A stretch of 64,000 bases of DNA from the IMG/VR virus record IMGVR_UViG_3300010352_001202, one strand, 5' to 3'. Of this stretch, positions 1-9,134 are shown piece after piece. Numbering within the stretch: the stretch's first letter is position 1; each line of letters opens with the position of its first letter. The notes beneath the pieces are model-generated. The model ran no database searches. It was not told where the DNA came from and saw nothing but the letters and a program-made list of their open reading frames with translations. This DNA is from a virus (Duplodnaviria; Caudoviricetes). A program made the position numbers and the translations under genes.

Positions 1-1
1 T

Positions 2-124
2 AACGAAGATCATGCCAATATGATTGGCGCTGTAATTGATCCCGGTTTTTGGATGAGAAAGTTTAAGAAGGCAGACGATGATGTTGACTTCATTAAGAAT
101 ATTTTGGAGCAATCAAAGTTATGA
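2..124 (+). CDS. 3' end of a hypothetical protein (partial, runs off window start)
   Basis: Open frame NEDHANMIGAVIDPGFWMRKF...QSKL* whose TGA overlaps the next ATG (ATGA). Confidence 0.6.
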   Translation, partial: NEDHANMIGAVIDPGFWMRKFKKADDDVDFIKNILEQSKL

Positions 125-324
125 CAAAGACACACAGAAGAAAAGGTAAGGAAGTAGGATCAAAAGATCCAAAGGGTAAATGTGACATGTGTAACCATAG
201 AAAAGCTACACATTGGTTTGGTATGACAAGCGTTGCATTATGCGACGAGGAAGAGTGCGCAGAACGAAATCAGGTTAACTGGGATCGCATGATAGAAGAC
301 ATGGAAGATGAAAATGGTTATTGA
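121..324 (+). CDS. small hypothetical protein, possible Zn-binding (CxxC...CxxxxC)
   Basis: ORF track; translationally coupled to both neighbours. Confidence 0.6.
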   Translation: MTKTHRRKGKEVGSKDPKGKCDMCNHRKATHWFGMTSVALCDEEECAERNQVNWDRMIEDMEDENGY

Positions 325-520
325 TATTCTTGATTGGGATATAACTTATACTGAACTTATGCAATGGATTTCCATTACGGGTGCCGAGTTAGTTGCCATT
401 ACCGGCCTTGGTGGCTTTGGAGCATTTACCGGCTCCGTTGGTCCATGTACAAAGTACGAATTTTATAAAGAGGAAGACTTTGTAATGTTCAAACTTGCTT
501 TTCAAAAAGAAAAGAAATAA
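308..520 (+). CDS. small hypothetical protein, 'F..EED...FKL' family member
   Basis: C-terminal YEFYKEEDFVMFKLAF motif shared with five other ORFs in the window. Confidence 0.7.
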   Translation: MKMVIDILDWDITYTELMQWISITGAELVAITGLGGFGAFTGSVGPCTKYEFYKEEDFVMFKLAFQKEKK

Positions 521-595
521 CATATAAAGTAGGATATCGAGATAAACAGATATTTGATGTATCTGCTTACTACGCACCCTATATTCCGTATCCAA

Positions 596-1183
596 ATGAA
601 AAAAGTAACAACTGATGTAGATATCGATGTGTTTGGTCGGGATAAAATCCTAGAAGGATTAGAATGTATCTTTGGCCGCATCGATCGTGCTGATAACAAG
701 TACGATAAGCATAACACTGGTGTATACTTTCAGAATATTCCGCGTGATCCTGTAACTAATATTTCTACAGTCGATCACCGTATTGCCAAAGATTATGGTT
801 ATTTTAAGATTGACTTTCTTAATGTCAATATGTATGAAAATATTAGGGATGAAGAACATCTCCTAAAACTATTGAATACGGAACCACCCTGGGACTTCTT
901 CGAATATAAAGAAGTAACAGAACAACTGTTCCACCTTAGTGGTCATAGCAACTTGCTCAGCAAGTACAGACCACAGTCCGTAGAAGACTTAGCTATGATT
1001 TTGGCTATTATCCGACCAGCCAAGGCACACCTGCAGCAGCAAGGCTGGGATAAGATTAGGGATGAGGTGTGGGTTAAAACAGGCGACGAAAACTACCAGT
1101 TTAAGAGATCACATGCAATTAGCTATGCGCTAGCTATTATTGTGAATCTAAATTTACTGATAGAAGAACTATCTAAGGATTAG
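596..1183 (+). CDS. miniature DnaE-like (C-family DNA polymerase catalytic core) protein
   Basis: DVDID, KHNTGVYF, GYFKIDFLNV, LAIIRPAK and YQFKRSHAISYA correspond in order to DnaE motifs PDxDxD, HAxGVV, KFDFLGL, ALxRPG and YGFNKSHxxAYA; start refined to ATG 596. Confidence 0.85.
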   Translation: MKKVTTDVDIDVFGRDKILEGLECIFGRIDRADNKYDKHNTGVYFQNIPRDPVTNISTVDHRIAKDYGYFKIDFLNVNMYENIRDEEHLLKLLNTEPPWDFFEYKEVTEQLFHLSGHSNLLSKYRPQSVEDLAMILAIIRPAKAHLQQQGWDKIRDEVWVKTGDENYQFKRSHAISYALAIIVNLNLLIEELSKD

Positions 1184-1551
1184 TCTGTTCGTCTCACTAA
1201 GTGAATCTGACGCTTCTTAATGCGCTTCCTCATAATATTATTAAGGCTTGTTACCGAGCCGAATAATATCTCTACATCTTTATTTACAATTGTTTTCATG
1301 CAGTAACGGAATGGTTGCATCTGTCCCTGCAAGAAAATATTGATAGGTAAAAGTCTATTACTCTCCCACCACCAAGTTTCTCCGTACTCTAAAAAGAGCA
1401 CCTTCTCTTCGGGTGAGCGTATAGATTCGTAGTCATAGAAACTAATAATTTTATCATCAGAATTCTGTATAATGCCGATATACTCGTGAGTTTGGCAGCG
1501 AATTCCGCTTAGAAAGGGAAATTTTTCTTTGATTTCTTCTAGATTAATCAT
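1180..1551 (-). CDS. hypothetical phage protein
   Basis: 123-aa ORF with late box CATAAATA 7 nt upstream on the minus strand. Confidence 0.8.
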   Translation of the reverse strand: MINLEEIKEKFPFLSGIRCQTHEYIGIIQNSDDKIISFYDYESIRSPEEKVLFLEYGETWWWESNRLLPINIFLQGQMQPFRYCMKTIVNKDVEILFGSVTSLNNIMRKRIKKRQIHLVRRTD

Positions 1552-1558
1552 ACCTTGT

Positions 1559-1614
1559 TATTTATGAACTTTGGGCGGTGTCGAAACTTTTTTTGGCGCT
1601 GATAGTGATAAATA
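1559..1614. promoter_or_regulatory. divergent pair of T4-like late promoter boxes (CATAAATA minus strand 1559-1566; GATAAATA plus strand 1607-1614)
   Basis: Match to the T4 late consensus TATAAATA; same motif recurs upstream of about 20 genes. Confidence 0.7.
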
Positions 1615-1622
1615 TGAATAAT

Positions 1623-2225
1623 ATGTTCTATGTCTATGCCTATCTTCGTAAGTCCGACAATACACCCTACTATATAGGAAAGGGCAAGGAGTCTCGCGCA
1701 TACGAAAAGCATAATGTTTCTGTTCCAAATAGTAGAAATAATATAGTGTTTTTAGAGACTGGTCTTACCGAAATTGGTGCTTTTGCACTTGAACGCAGAA
1801 TGATTAAATGGTACGGACGAAAAGATTTAGGAACCGGTATTCTCCGCAATAGGACAGATGGTGGTGAAGGTAGTGCTGGTAGAATAGTTTCCATTGAATC
1901 GAAAAGGAAACAAGTGCAGACTCGGCGTGAAAACGGAAATTATGTTGTATCAGAGGAAACAAGACAAAAAATTTCCGTAAAAACATCAATATCTACAACA
2001 GGTGTAAAGAAATCTGTAGAACATTCAAAAAATATAGGTTTGGCGAAAATAGGTAATAAAAATCCTATGTTTGGTAAAACTCCTACAGCGGAACACAAAA
2101 TGAAAATTAGTCTTACAATGAGTGGTATTTCTAAGCCACAGATTTCTTGTCCACATTGTAATAAAACAGGTGGTAAACCGGTAATGGCTCGTCACCACTT
2201 TGATAACTGTAAACACAAGGAGTAA
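1623..2225 (+). mobile_element. GIY-YIG-like homing endonuclease with NUMOD3-like repeats and C-terminal Zn finger
   Basis: FYVYAYLR...PYYIGKG...[12 protein letters not shown], 'SEETRQKIS' and 'NPMFGK...EHKMKIS' repeats, CPHC...HHFDNC. Confidence 0.8.
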
Positions 2226-2230
2226 CTAAT

Positions 2231-3103
2231 GTGGATGTTACCTTTAAAAAAATATATTTGTACGATCATGTCTGGCAGCTACTTGCTGTTGGCGACACCT
2301 TTTGTCCTTGCAAGGATACAGGCCCAATGAATAATAATACTCCTTTGAAATGCCATAAGGGTATTGATAACAAACTCATCTTTAGAGCATTGGGCCCGGA
2401 CAGAGTTCCGCTTGATATTTCATGCACTCAGCAAGTGTATGCAAGAATCGTTGATCCGGATAATAGAATGGTTGTTCTTGAGAAACTATGCAGAATAGGA
2501 CCAGCTAAAGGGATTATTACCTGTGAATTAGATTCGGGCGATATTGCTTTACTTCACGCCGGTCTTTATAACTTTGTATTGATTAGAACAGAAGACTTTG
2601 TTTCTAATGTGCCCGGTTATTATGTTGAGAAGCCCTTATATAGTGACATGAATGATAATGTCGCTATGGAAATTGAAATTACAGAACAAGCATTCAAGGC
2701 ACCTAAACCTAGCATTATTATTAATCCGGAAGATTGGATTCCCGATATTATCCTTTCTACCATGACTGCACCTGCACCTTGTTTCTATACTTCCAGAATT
2801 CCTGGCGGCCGTGTTCAAAATCATATTGACTCGGTTCACTCGTTCTCTACATACACTGAAAACTTCACAGGTATTCTCGAAATTTGGGGATCGTTAGAAG
2901 AAACTCCGGATCCGTATCTAAATTCAGCACGATGGTTTAAAATTTATCCATCGTCTATGTCTAATGACATTGAATTTATTCAATATACAGGCACACAGGC
3001 ATGGACCTTCTCTGCAAACTTTATGTGGTTGAAGTTTAGATATTTCCCAAGCACAGAAGTTTTAGATCCCGGTATTATGAGAAAACTTATTGTAAGAACA
3101 TGA
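2231..3103 (+). CDS. hypothetical protein, probably virion structural (beta-rich)
   Basis: 290-aa ORF, SD AAGGAG upstream, downstream of a late box. Confidence 0.6.
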   Translation: MDVTFKKIYLYDHVWQLLAVGDTFCPCKDTGPMNNNTPLKCHKGIDNKLIFRALGPDRVPLDISCTQQVYARIVDPDNRMVVLEKLCRIGPAKGIITCELDSGDIALLHAGLYNFVLIRTEDFVSNVPGYYVEKPLYSDMNDNVAMEIEITEQAFKAPKPSIIINPEDWIPDIILSTMTAPAPCFYTSRIPGGRVQNHIDSVHSFSTYTENFTGILEIWGSLEETPDPYLNSARWFKIYPSSMSNDIEFIQYTGTQAWTFSANFMWLKFRYFPSTEVLDPGIMRKLIVRT

Positions 3104-3456
3104 AGGCAGAAGAATTTTTAATAGAATCATCTATTGATGATAATTTTGATTTTGTAATAAAACCTAAGCGGGGAATGTACGCATTTCCGAAGGGTGTGGA
3201 CCAATCTGATAAGAATAATGCAGCAGGATGGCTTGGATTATCTTTCGTTAGCCCCGGTGTATACGAAGTGGCTGATGTTTTAGTTCATCCCGAATATAAA
3301 AGGCAAGGTCTCGCAACAGCAATGTATCAGAAAATGATTGATACGGGTATTAGGCTTGTTCGCTCTAATGAGCAACGGCCCGACGGAAGCGCAATGTGGG
3401 CAGGATTTGCAAAGAAAGGTCTTGCCAGGAATAGAGAATTTGTCGGTAAAAACTAA
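3100..3456 (+). CDS. GNAT-family acetyltransferase with capsid-targeting-like N-terminus
   Basis: VADVLVHPEYKRQGLATAMY (GNAT motif A, RxxGxA); N-terminus MKAEEFLIE. Confidence 0.75.
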   Translation: MKAEEFLIESSIDDNFDFVIKPKRGMYAFPKGVDQSDKNNAAGWLGLSFVSPGVYEVADVLVHPEYKRQGLATAMYQKMIDTGIRLVRSNEQRPDGSAMWAGFAKKGLARNREFVGKN

Positions 3457-3458
3457 TA

Positions 3459-3487
3459 TTGATTTTCTGTAGAGAATCTGTTACACT
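3459..3487 (+). promoter_or_regulatory. sigma70-type promoter TTGATT-17-TACACT with extended TG
   Basis: 17-bp spacer; the ATG of primase follows 6 nt after the -10 box. Confidence 0.65.
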
Positions 3488-3493
3488 TACCGT

Positions 3494-4552
3494 ATGATCC
3501 TAGATGTCTTAAAAGACGCAATCCTTTCCAACCTTGGTACTCTTAAGCAAGCCCCTAAGGGCTGGCATAAGCGTAACTGTATGCTTTGCCACACACAAGG
3601 GCACGGCAGAGATACCCGCAACCGTTTTGGAATCCAGTTTAACCCAAACTCAATCGCACTAAATTGTTTCAATTGCGGATTCTCCGCTGGTTACACAGAA
3701 GGCGAGGAGCTATCTAAACACTTCAAGTTTTTCCTAACCCAATTACACATAGATGACAAATTCATTAAGCAAATCGAATTTGAAATCTTTAAGTCTAAAA
3801 ATAAGATTGATGCATTGCGTGAAGGCGAAAAGGTTGAGGATAAGGAAGGTAAACTCAAAAACTTGTTCCAGAAGTGGAAACCAATGGAGTTGCCCAAGGA
3901 TTCGTTACCTGTATCTCAATGGCTAGAATACGGTTTAGATAATCCCAACTTTCTAAAAGTTGTAAACTATGCACTTGATAGAAAAATATTTGATTTAGAC
4001 AACTTCTACTGGTCACCGCTACGAGAACATAATCTAAATCAAAGATTGATTATACCTTATTACTACAAAAGAAAAATTGTAGGATTTACTTCGCGACTTT
4101 GTTTCAATCCGCCCGACAAGTCTATCCCAAAATACTATCAACAATGCCCCGAAGACTTTGTCTACAATCTTGACAATCAACAAGAGTGGTCTCGTAAATA
4201 TGCACTTGTTACAGAGGGAGTTCTAGATGCCTGGGTTTTAGATGGCATAAGTATATTAGGAGAAGTAGGCCAGGCGAAGATTGATATTATCAACCGATTG
4301 CAGAAAGAAGTTATCGTATGCCCAGACGGTGACAAGAAAGGTTGGGATTTAGTTCAAATTGCAATAGATAACAACTGGGCGGTCTCGTTCCCCAAATGGA
4401 GCATGGAATTCAAAGACCCTGCAAGAGCAGCAGAAAAATACGGAAGGTTACTAACAACTCACTCTGTTATTTCTTCAGCAGTTCACGGCAAGGATAAAAT
4501 ACAATTAAAATGGAACATTGAACAAAATGACAGAGAACGAAAACGCAAGTGA
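3494..4552 (+). CDS. DNA primase (gp61-like)
   Basis: N-terminal Zn ribbon CMLC...CFNCG; TOPRIM motifs VTEGVLDA and PDGDKKG. Confidence 0.9.
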   Translation: MILDVLKDAILSNLGTLKQAPKGWHKRNCMLCHTQGHGRDTRNRFGIQFNPNSIALNCFNCGFSAGYTEGEELSKHFKFFLTQLHIDDKFIKQIEFEIFKSKNKIDALREGEKVEDKEGKLKNLFQKWKPMELPKDSLPVSQWLEYGLDNPNFLKVVNYALDRKIFDLDNFYWSPLREHNLNQRLIIPYYYKRKIVGFTSRLCFNPPDKSIPKYYQQCPEDFVYNLDNQQEWSRKYALVTEGVLDAWVLDGISILGEVGQAKIDIINRLQKEVIVCPDGDKKGWDLVQIAIDNNWAVSFPKWSMEFKDPARAAEKYGRLLTTHSVISSAVHGKDKIQLKWNIEQNDRERKRK

Positions 4553-5972
4553 AATTAATGACTATAGCAAGGACATAGAAGACTTGTTCATTAGTTTCAT
4601 GATGAGCAAGCCGGATCTGTTTGTACGATGCAAGGGTATTCTAAAGTCGCAATATTTTGATGATAAGCAAAACAGAGATACAGTTGCTTTCATTGAAGGG
4701 TATAGTGTTGACTTTTCAGAAATCCCGTCATTGCAACAAATCAGAGCAGTTACCAGAAAAGAAATAGACCTAATGGAGGTCGAGGCTGCAAAGCACGACA
4801 ATTGGTTCTTAAGAGAATTTGAAAAGTTTTGTAGGCATAAGGCACTTAGGGATGCAATTCTTGCATCGCCGGATTTGCTTGATGAGGGCAGATATGGCGA
4901 AGTTGAATCAACTATTAAGGCGGCGGTGCAAATCGCCCTGGTTAAGGACCTTGGAACAGATTATTACGCAAATCCCAAAGCACGACTTGAAGCGATTCGT
5001 GAGGGTAAGGGTCAGGTATCGACGGGCTGGAAAACAGTAGATGAAAAGCTATATGGTGGTCTAAACAAAGGTGAAATTACAATCTTTGCCGGACAATCTG
5101 GTGCTGGTAAATCTCTTTTCTTACAGAACCTTGCAGTCAACTGGGCGCAGGCAGGATTAAATGTAATTTATCTTTCACTAGAACTTAGCGAACCATTGTG
5201 TTCTATGCGTGTGGATGCAATGCACACTGGATTTGAAACTCGCGAAGTAATGCGTAACATCGATGATGTTCACATTAAGGTAAGAGCATCACAACAAAAG
5301 ACTAAAGGTAATCTGCAAGTAAAGCAATTGCCAAACGGCTGTACTTCTAATGATATTCGTGCTTATGTCAAAGAATACGAGATCTTTAAGAAGGTAAAGG
5401 TAGATGCAATTCTTGTAGACTATTTGGATCTAATGATGCCAATGTCTAAGAAGATTTCAGCAGAAAACTTATTCGTTAAGGACAAGTATGTTACTGAAGA
5501 GTTGCGTAACCTTGCAGTAGAGTTACAGGTAGTAACAGTTTCGGCTTCTCAGTTGAATCGTGGTTCTTATGAAGAAATTGAGTTTGACCCAAGCCATATT
5601 GCTGGTGGTATTTCTAAAGTTAACACAGCAGATAATGTCATCGGTATCTTTACAAGTGCTGCAATGAAAGAAGGCGGTAGATATCAAATTCAATTTATGA
5701 AGACGCGTTCTAGTTCGGGCGTAGGATCTAAGGTAGACTTATCCTTTGATAACAAATGTCTTAGAATTACTGACCTGGAAGAAGGCGACGATAATGCTAT
5801 ACAAGCAACTTCTAAGAACATCTATGAGCAATTAAAGAAGAAGAGTGTAGTAAGAGGCGGAGAAAAGGCAGAACCGAGCTCCGGAGACGCAACATCAATG
5901 ACACAGAATAGTGGAAAAGCTAATCCATTGGAAGGTGCGGCCGTGTTAAGAGCTTTTATTAAGAATAGATAG
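4527..5972 (+). CDS. replicative DNA helicase (DnaB/gp41-like)
   Basis: Walker A GQSGAGKS, SLEL, ILVDYLDL, SASQLNR, KTR; adjacent to primase. Confidence 0.95.
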   Translation: MTENENASEINDYSKDIEDLFISFMMSKPDLFVRCKGILKSQYFDDKQNRDTVAFIEGYSVDFSEIPSLQQIRAVTRKEIDLMEVEAAKHDNWFLREFEKFCRHKALRDAILASPDLLDEGRYGEVESTIKAAVQIALVKDLGTDYYANPKARLEAIREGKGQVSTGWKTVDEKLYGGLNKGEITIFAGQSGAGKSLFLQNLAVNWAQAGLNVIYLSLELSEPLCSMRVDAMHTGFETREVMRNIDDVHIKVRASQQKTKGNLQVKQLPNGCTSNDIRAYVKEYEIFKKVKVDAILVDYLDLMMPMSKKISAENLFVKDKYVTEELRNLAVELQVVTVSASQLNRGSYEEIEFDPSHIAGGISKVNTADNVIGIFTSAAMKEGGRYQIQFMKTRSSSGVGSKVDLSFDNKCLRITDLEEGDDNAIQATSKNIYEQLKKKSVVRGGEKAEPSSGDATSMTQNSGKANPLEGAAVLRAFIKNR

Positions 5973-5979
5973 ATAAATA
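5972..5979 (+). promoter_or_regulatory. late promoter box GATAAATA
   Basis: Immediately after the helicase stop, at the start of the structural block. Confidence 0.7.
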
Positions 5980-6004
5980 TGCGAAAGTAATTGGAGATAG
6001 CAAA

Positions 6005-6286
6005 TTGCCTATTAATCGCAGAAGCAGGTCTATTTTAGAAGAGATTAGCTCCTATGTTCCTCAAAAGAGCAAGGAAGATCTCATTGAGGCCAGAGCACAA
6101 CATATAATAGTTTCAGCCATCAATTTGCTTGAATCTATTGACGAATCTTTTTCACCAGCGGAAGCAGAAGCACTTAAGAAACGCTTTGTTTCCAGCATCC
6201 GTGGCTCCGACCCTAACCGATTTACCCGTATGGTTAAGAGAATTAAGGGTGGATGTGACGGAGAAGACGAATTCGATGGACACTAA
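6005..6286 (+). CDS. hypothetical protein (late)
   Basis: 93-aa ORF, SD GGAG, TTG start. Confidence 0.7.
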   Translation: MPINRRSRSILEEISSYVPQKSKEDLIEARAQHIIVSAINLLESIDESFSPAEAEALKKRFVSSIRGSDPNRFTRMVKRIKGGCDGEDEFDGH

Positions 6287-7520
6287 AGCTTTAACAAAAG
6301 ATTGGATTCAGTATTTAAAAAATAACAGAATTGTTGACCTTAAATCAGATCCGTCCGGTAAACTTAATTACAGAAGAGATGTAACTGCACAAGATTTAGA
6401 AAAATTTCTAGATATAAGCTTTCCCGAAGAAAAAGTATCAAACGCTATCAAGATGGTCCTTGCCAAGAAAGGTGCAGGCAATGGACAGTCAAAACTCCAG
6501 AACAATCCCACACAACAGCAACCCGGCTCGTCACTATCGACATGGTCTCAATCTGAAACAACACCGGGGCAACCTGTACCGCAAGGCCAGCAAAGAATAG
6601 GGTCTAGTGTTCCGCCAGCCTCCCCACAACAACCTGCAGCAAAGAAATCTAAGTATAGTAAGGATGATGCTGAAGATATCGAGTTTAGAGAACCAGGTCA
6701 GAAGAAAGGCAAGGTAAAGGAAGCAATCCGTGATAATCCCGGCGATACATTTAGCGAAGACGATGTTGAAGCAGTATTTAGGTTGTTAACTTCGCCTGGT
6801 GCAGAACAACCAAGTCAAGAAGAGCCAGCCCAGCAGGCCGAAGTATCAACAGAGCAAAAACAGGCTGCACTAAAGAAAATTAAGTATGCCATTAGAGATG
6901 TGTTGTCTCCAAAGCAGAGAAAAACATTCTGGCGCGCACTTAATGACACAAATATTTCCGAATCATTGATTACCACTGCTGATGCAAAGGCATTGCTACA
7001 AGGTGCGGCTAAACTCAGAAGCAAGCCAACACTGGGCGGAAGAATATTCAAAGGTCTGCAGAAAGATAAGATTGAGGTAAACGATCTTCAACAAGCATGG
7101 AAAGAAGCCGGTTTTCCAGATGACACTAGAGACATTGCTGCTATACTAAAGGATCAGTTTGGCTTCTCCGAAGATGAGATAGAGAAAGTATTCTCCAATG
7201 TATTTGATTCCGACGACGAAGATGAAGACAACGATAATGAGCCAGTTGCAAGTCCAGCAATTCAAGGAATGGTTGATCATATTAATGAATTAGGATTAAC
7301 CGACGAAGTCAAGAAGTTTATGGAAAAAGAATTCGGGCAGGAACTAGGGTTACAAGATAATCCAGGTATGTTCAGTAAACTAAAGAAGTTTTTTGGAAAG
7401 AAAGCAGTTGCCGAAGATGTAAGATATATCTTCACTGCAATTATCCAAGAAGAAAGAAAAGATAGATTTGCAATTTTACGACAACAGGAACAAACACACC
7501 TCGGCCGCAGCAAAAAATGA
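6276..7520 (+). CDS. hypothetical protein, probable head-internal protein
   Basis: Gln/Pro linkers and acidic tracts between helical domains; start refined to ATG 6276. Confidence 0.7.
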   Translation: MDTKALTKDWIQYLKNNRIVDLKSDPSGKLNYRRDVTAQDLEKFLDISFPEEKVSNAIKMVLAKKGAGNGQSKLQNNPTQQQPGSSLSTWSQSETTPGQPVPQGQQRIGSSVPPASPQQPAAKKSKYSKDDAEDIEFREPGQKKGKVKEAIRDNPGDTFSEDDVEAVFRLLTSPGAEQPSQEEPAQQAEVSTEQKQAALKKIKYAIRDVLSPKQRKTFWRALNDTNISESLITTADAKALLQGAAKLRSKPTLGGRIFKGLQKDKIEVNDLQQAWKEAGFPDDTRDIAAILKDQFGFSEDEIEKVFSNVFDSDDEDEDNDNEPVASPAIQGMVDHINELGLTDEVKKFMEKEFGQELGLQDNPGMFSKLKKFFGKKAVAEDVRYIFTAIIQEERKDRFAILRQQEQTHLGRSKK

Positions 7521-8911
7521 TCATAAATGAAATATCCAAAGGCATCACACACATAGAGGATCTTGGAGTTGACGAGTTTCTTAATGTTCTAATTTATCTT
7601 AATGAATACGAGATTACCGAAAAAGTAGACGGTGCTCAGATTCTATTTGGACTAGACAAAAACGGTTTATATACCTCCCGTGAAACAAAGGGCGGAGTAA
7701 GGGTATATAACCCCGGAGATTATGGTGTAAGTTTTCCAACAACTTACATGAGATCTGCACACAGACTGTTGGAAATGGTATATCCGGATCTAATGGCAGC
7801 TGGCTTAAAACCAGGTGATCAGGTCGAGGCCGAAGTATTGTACGGCGAACTTCCAAATGTTGTACCTTACTCGGAAGATAGAAGCTATCTAATCTTCTTG
7901 CGCACAACCGAGGGTGAAGTAAATATCGACCGTTTGAAAGAGAGACTTGACGGGAGATCACTAGACATAACCCAACGGACTCCAATTACAGACGACGGGC
8001 GAGATATATACACATCGGACGTAACTGTCGAGTGGATGTTCTCTCGCGCACCAAAAATTTCTATAAATGTGGAATCGTTAAGGACTGCGATTGCTCCACA
8101 TGCTGCAAAAATGACAGCCTATCTAAGGGAATCGTCCGGTATTTGCGGCCAACCTAATCATGTCATCGAAAGTATGCCTCTTAATAAAAGGCCCGAATGG
8201 TGCAGGCCGGAAGACTGGAAAGATGTAAAGGAAGAAGCCAAGGCAAAAAGGATCGAATATCAACACATCTTACGTGAAGGCCACATGGCTAAGATTAAGG
8301 AAGTCCTCCTAAATCGCATAGTTCGTAAACAGCGCAGCGAATTCGGTCCTCCTATCGAAGAAGGCGGATGGATTGAAGGTGTAGTTCTTCGACACACCGA
8401 AACCGGCAAAATGGTTAAAATTGTTGACAAGGAAGTTTTTGGTGTACTTCGCGAGTCTGCCTGGAAAGCACGCAATCAGTTAACCGAAAGTGCAAGGAGC
8501 ACAGACGGTAATTTGAGCTTTTTAGGCAATTTAAAGGTAGCACTTGCTACTTCCTTGGGTCATCCCGAGCTAGGCACGATGCAGGCAAAAAACTACCTAA
8601 GAAAAGCAGGAACTATTACTGAAGAGCGTATTGCTAATCTTTCTACAGGCATTAGACTAGATGTTGTAAAAGAATACTGGCTCAATTTACTCGAATGCCA
8701 GACTGAACTTTTAGGATCGGAATTAGATAAATATGAAGAAGAAACGTCCAGTCAAGAAGGACATGTTTGGGAAGGTATTAAGAGGAGAACTCTTGAGACA
8801 TTTGCTTCGACATTCGCACTTCTTGAAGACATGCGTTTTCGTACCAGTCAAGCGGTACAAGTAGAGGATTTGATAACAATACTTGCAGGGAAGCAGTTAG
8901 CTGATATTTGA
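7517..8911 (+). CDS. ATP-dependent ligase-superfamily (RNA-ligase-like) protein
   Basis: Motif I ITEKVDG, III VEAEVL, IV IEGVVL, V MVKIVDK. Confidence 0.7.
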   Translation: MIINEISKGITHIEDLGVDEFLNVLIYLNEYEITEKVDGAQILFGLDKNGLYTSRETKGGVRVYNPGDYGVSFPTTYMRSAHRLLEMVYPDLMAAGLKPGDQVEAEVLYGELPNVVPYSEDRSYLIFLRTTEGEVNIDRLKERLDGRSLDITQRTPITDDGRDIYTSDVTVEWMFSRAPKISINVESLRTAIAPHAAKMTAYLRESSGICGQPNHVIESMPLNKRPEWCRPEDWKDVKEEAKAKRIEYQHILREGHMAKIKEVLLNRIVRKQRSEFGPPIEEGGWIEGVVLRHTETGKMVKIVDKEVFGVLRESAWKARNQLTESARSTDGNLSFLGNLKVALATSLGHPELGTMQAKNYLRKAGTITEERIANLSTGIRLDVVKEYWLNLLECQTELLGSELDKYEEETSSQEGHVWEGIKRRTLETFASTFALLEDMRFRTSQAVQVEDLITILAGKQLADI

Positions 8912-8912
8912 C

Positions 8913-9134
8913 ATGAGACTAGATGAGATAGTAACATTAAACGATGTTTTGAAGGCAAACCAATATGTAAAATTATTGCATGCCCTAAGCACAAAGGCCG
9001 GTACAGATATCAACATAACTCGTATCAAAAATCAGGTAATTCAATCCTGGAAAAAGGGAATGAAGCATCGTAAACACTACGATGATTTACTTTCAAAAAT
9101 TGATATAAGTCTAAACGATCTTATAGACAAATGA
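8913..9134 (+). CDS. small hypothetical protein
   Basis: ORF coupled to neighbours; N-terminus MRLDEI. Confidence 0.65.
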   Translation: MRLDEIVTLNDVLKANQYVKLLHALSTKAGTDINITRIKNQVIQSWKKGMKHRKHYDDLLSKIDISLNDLIDK

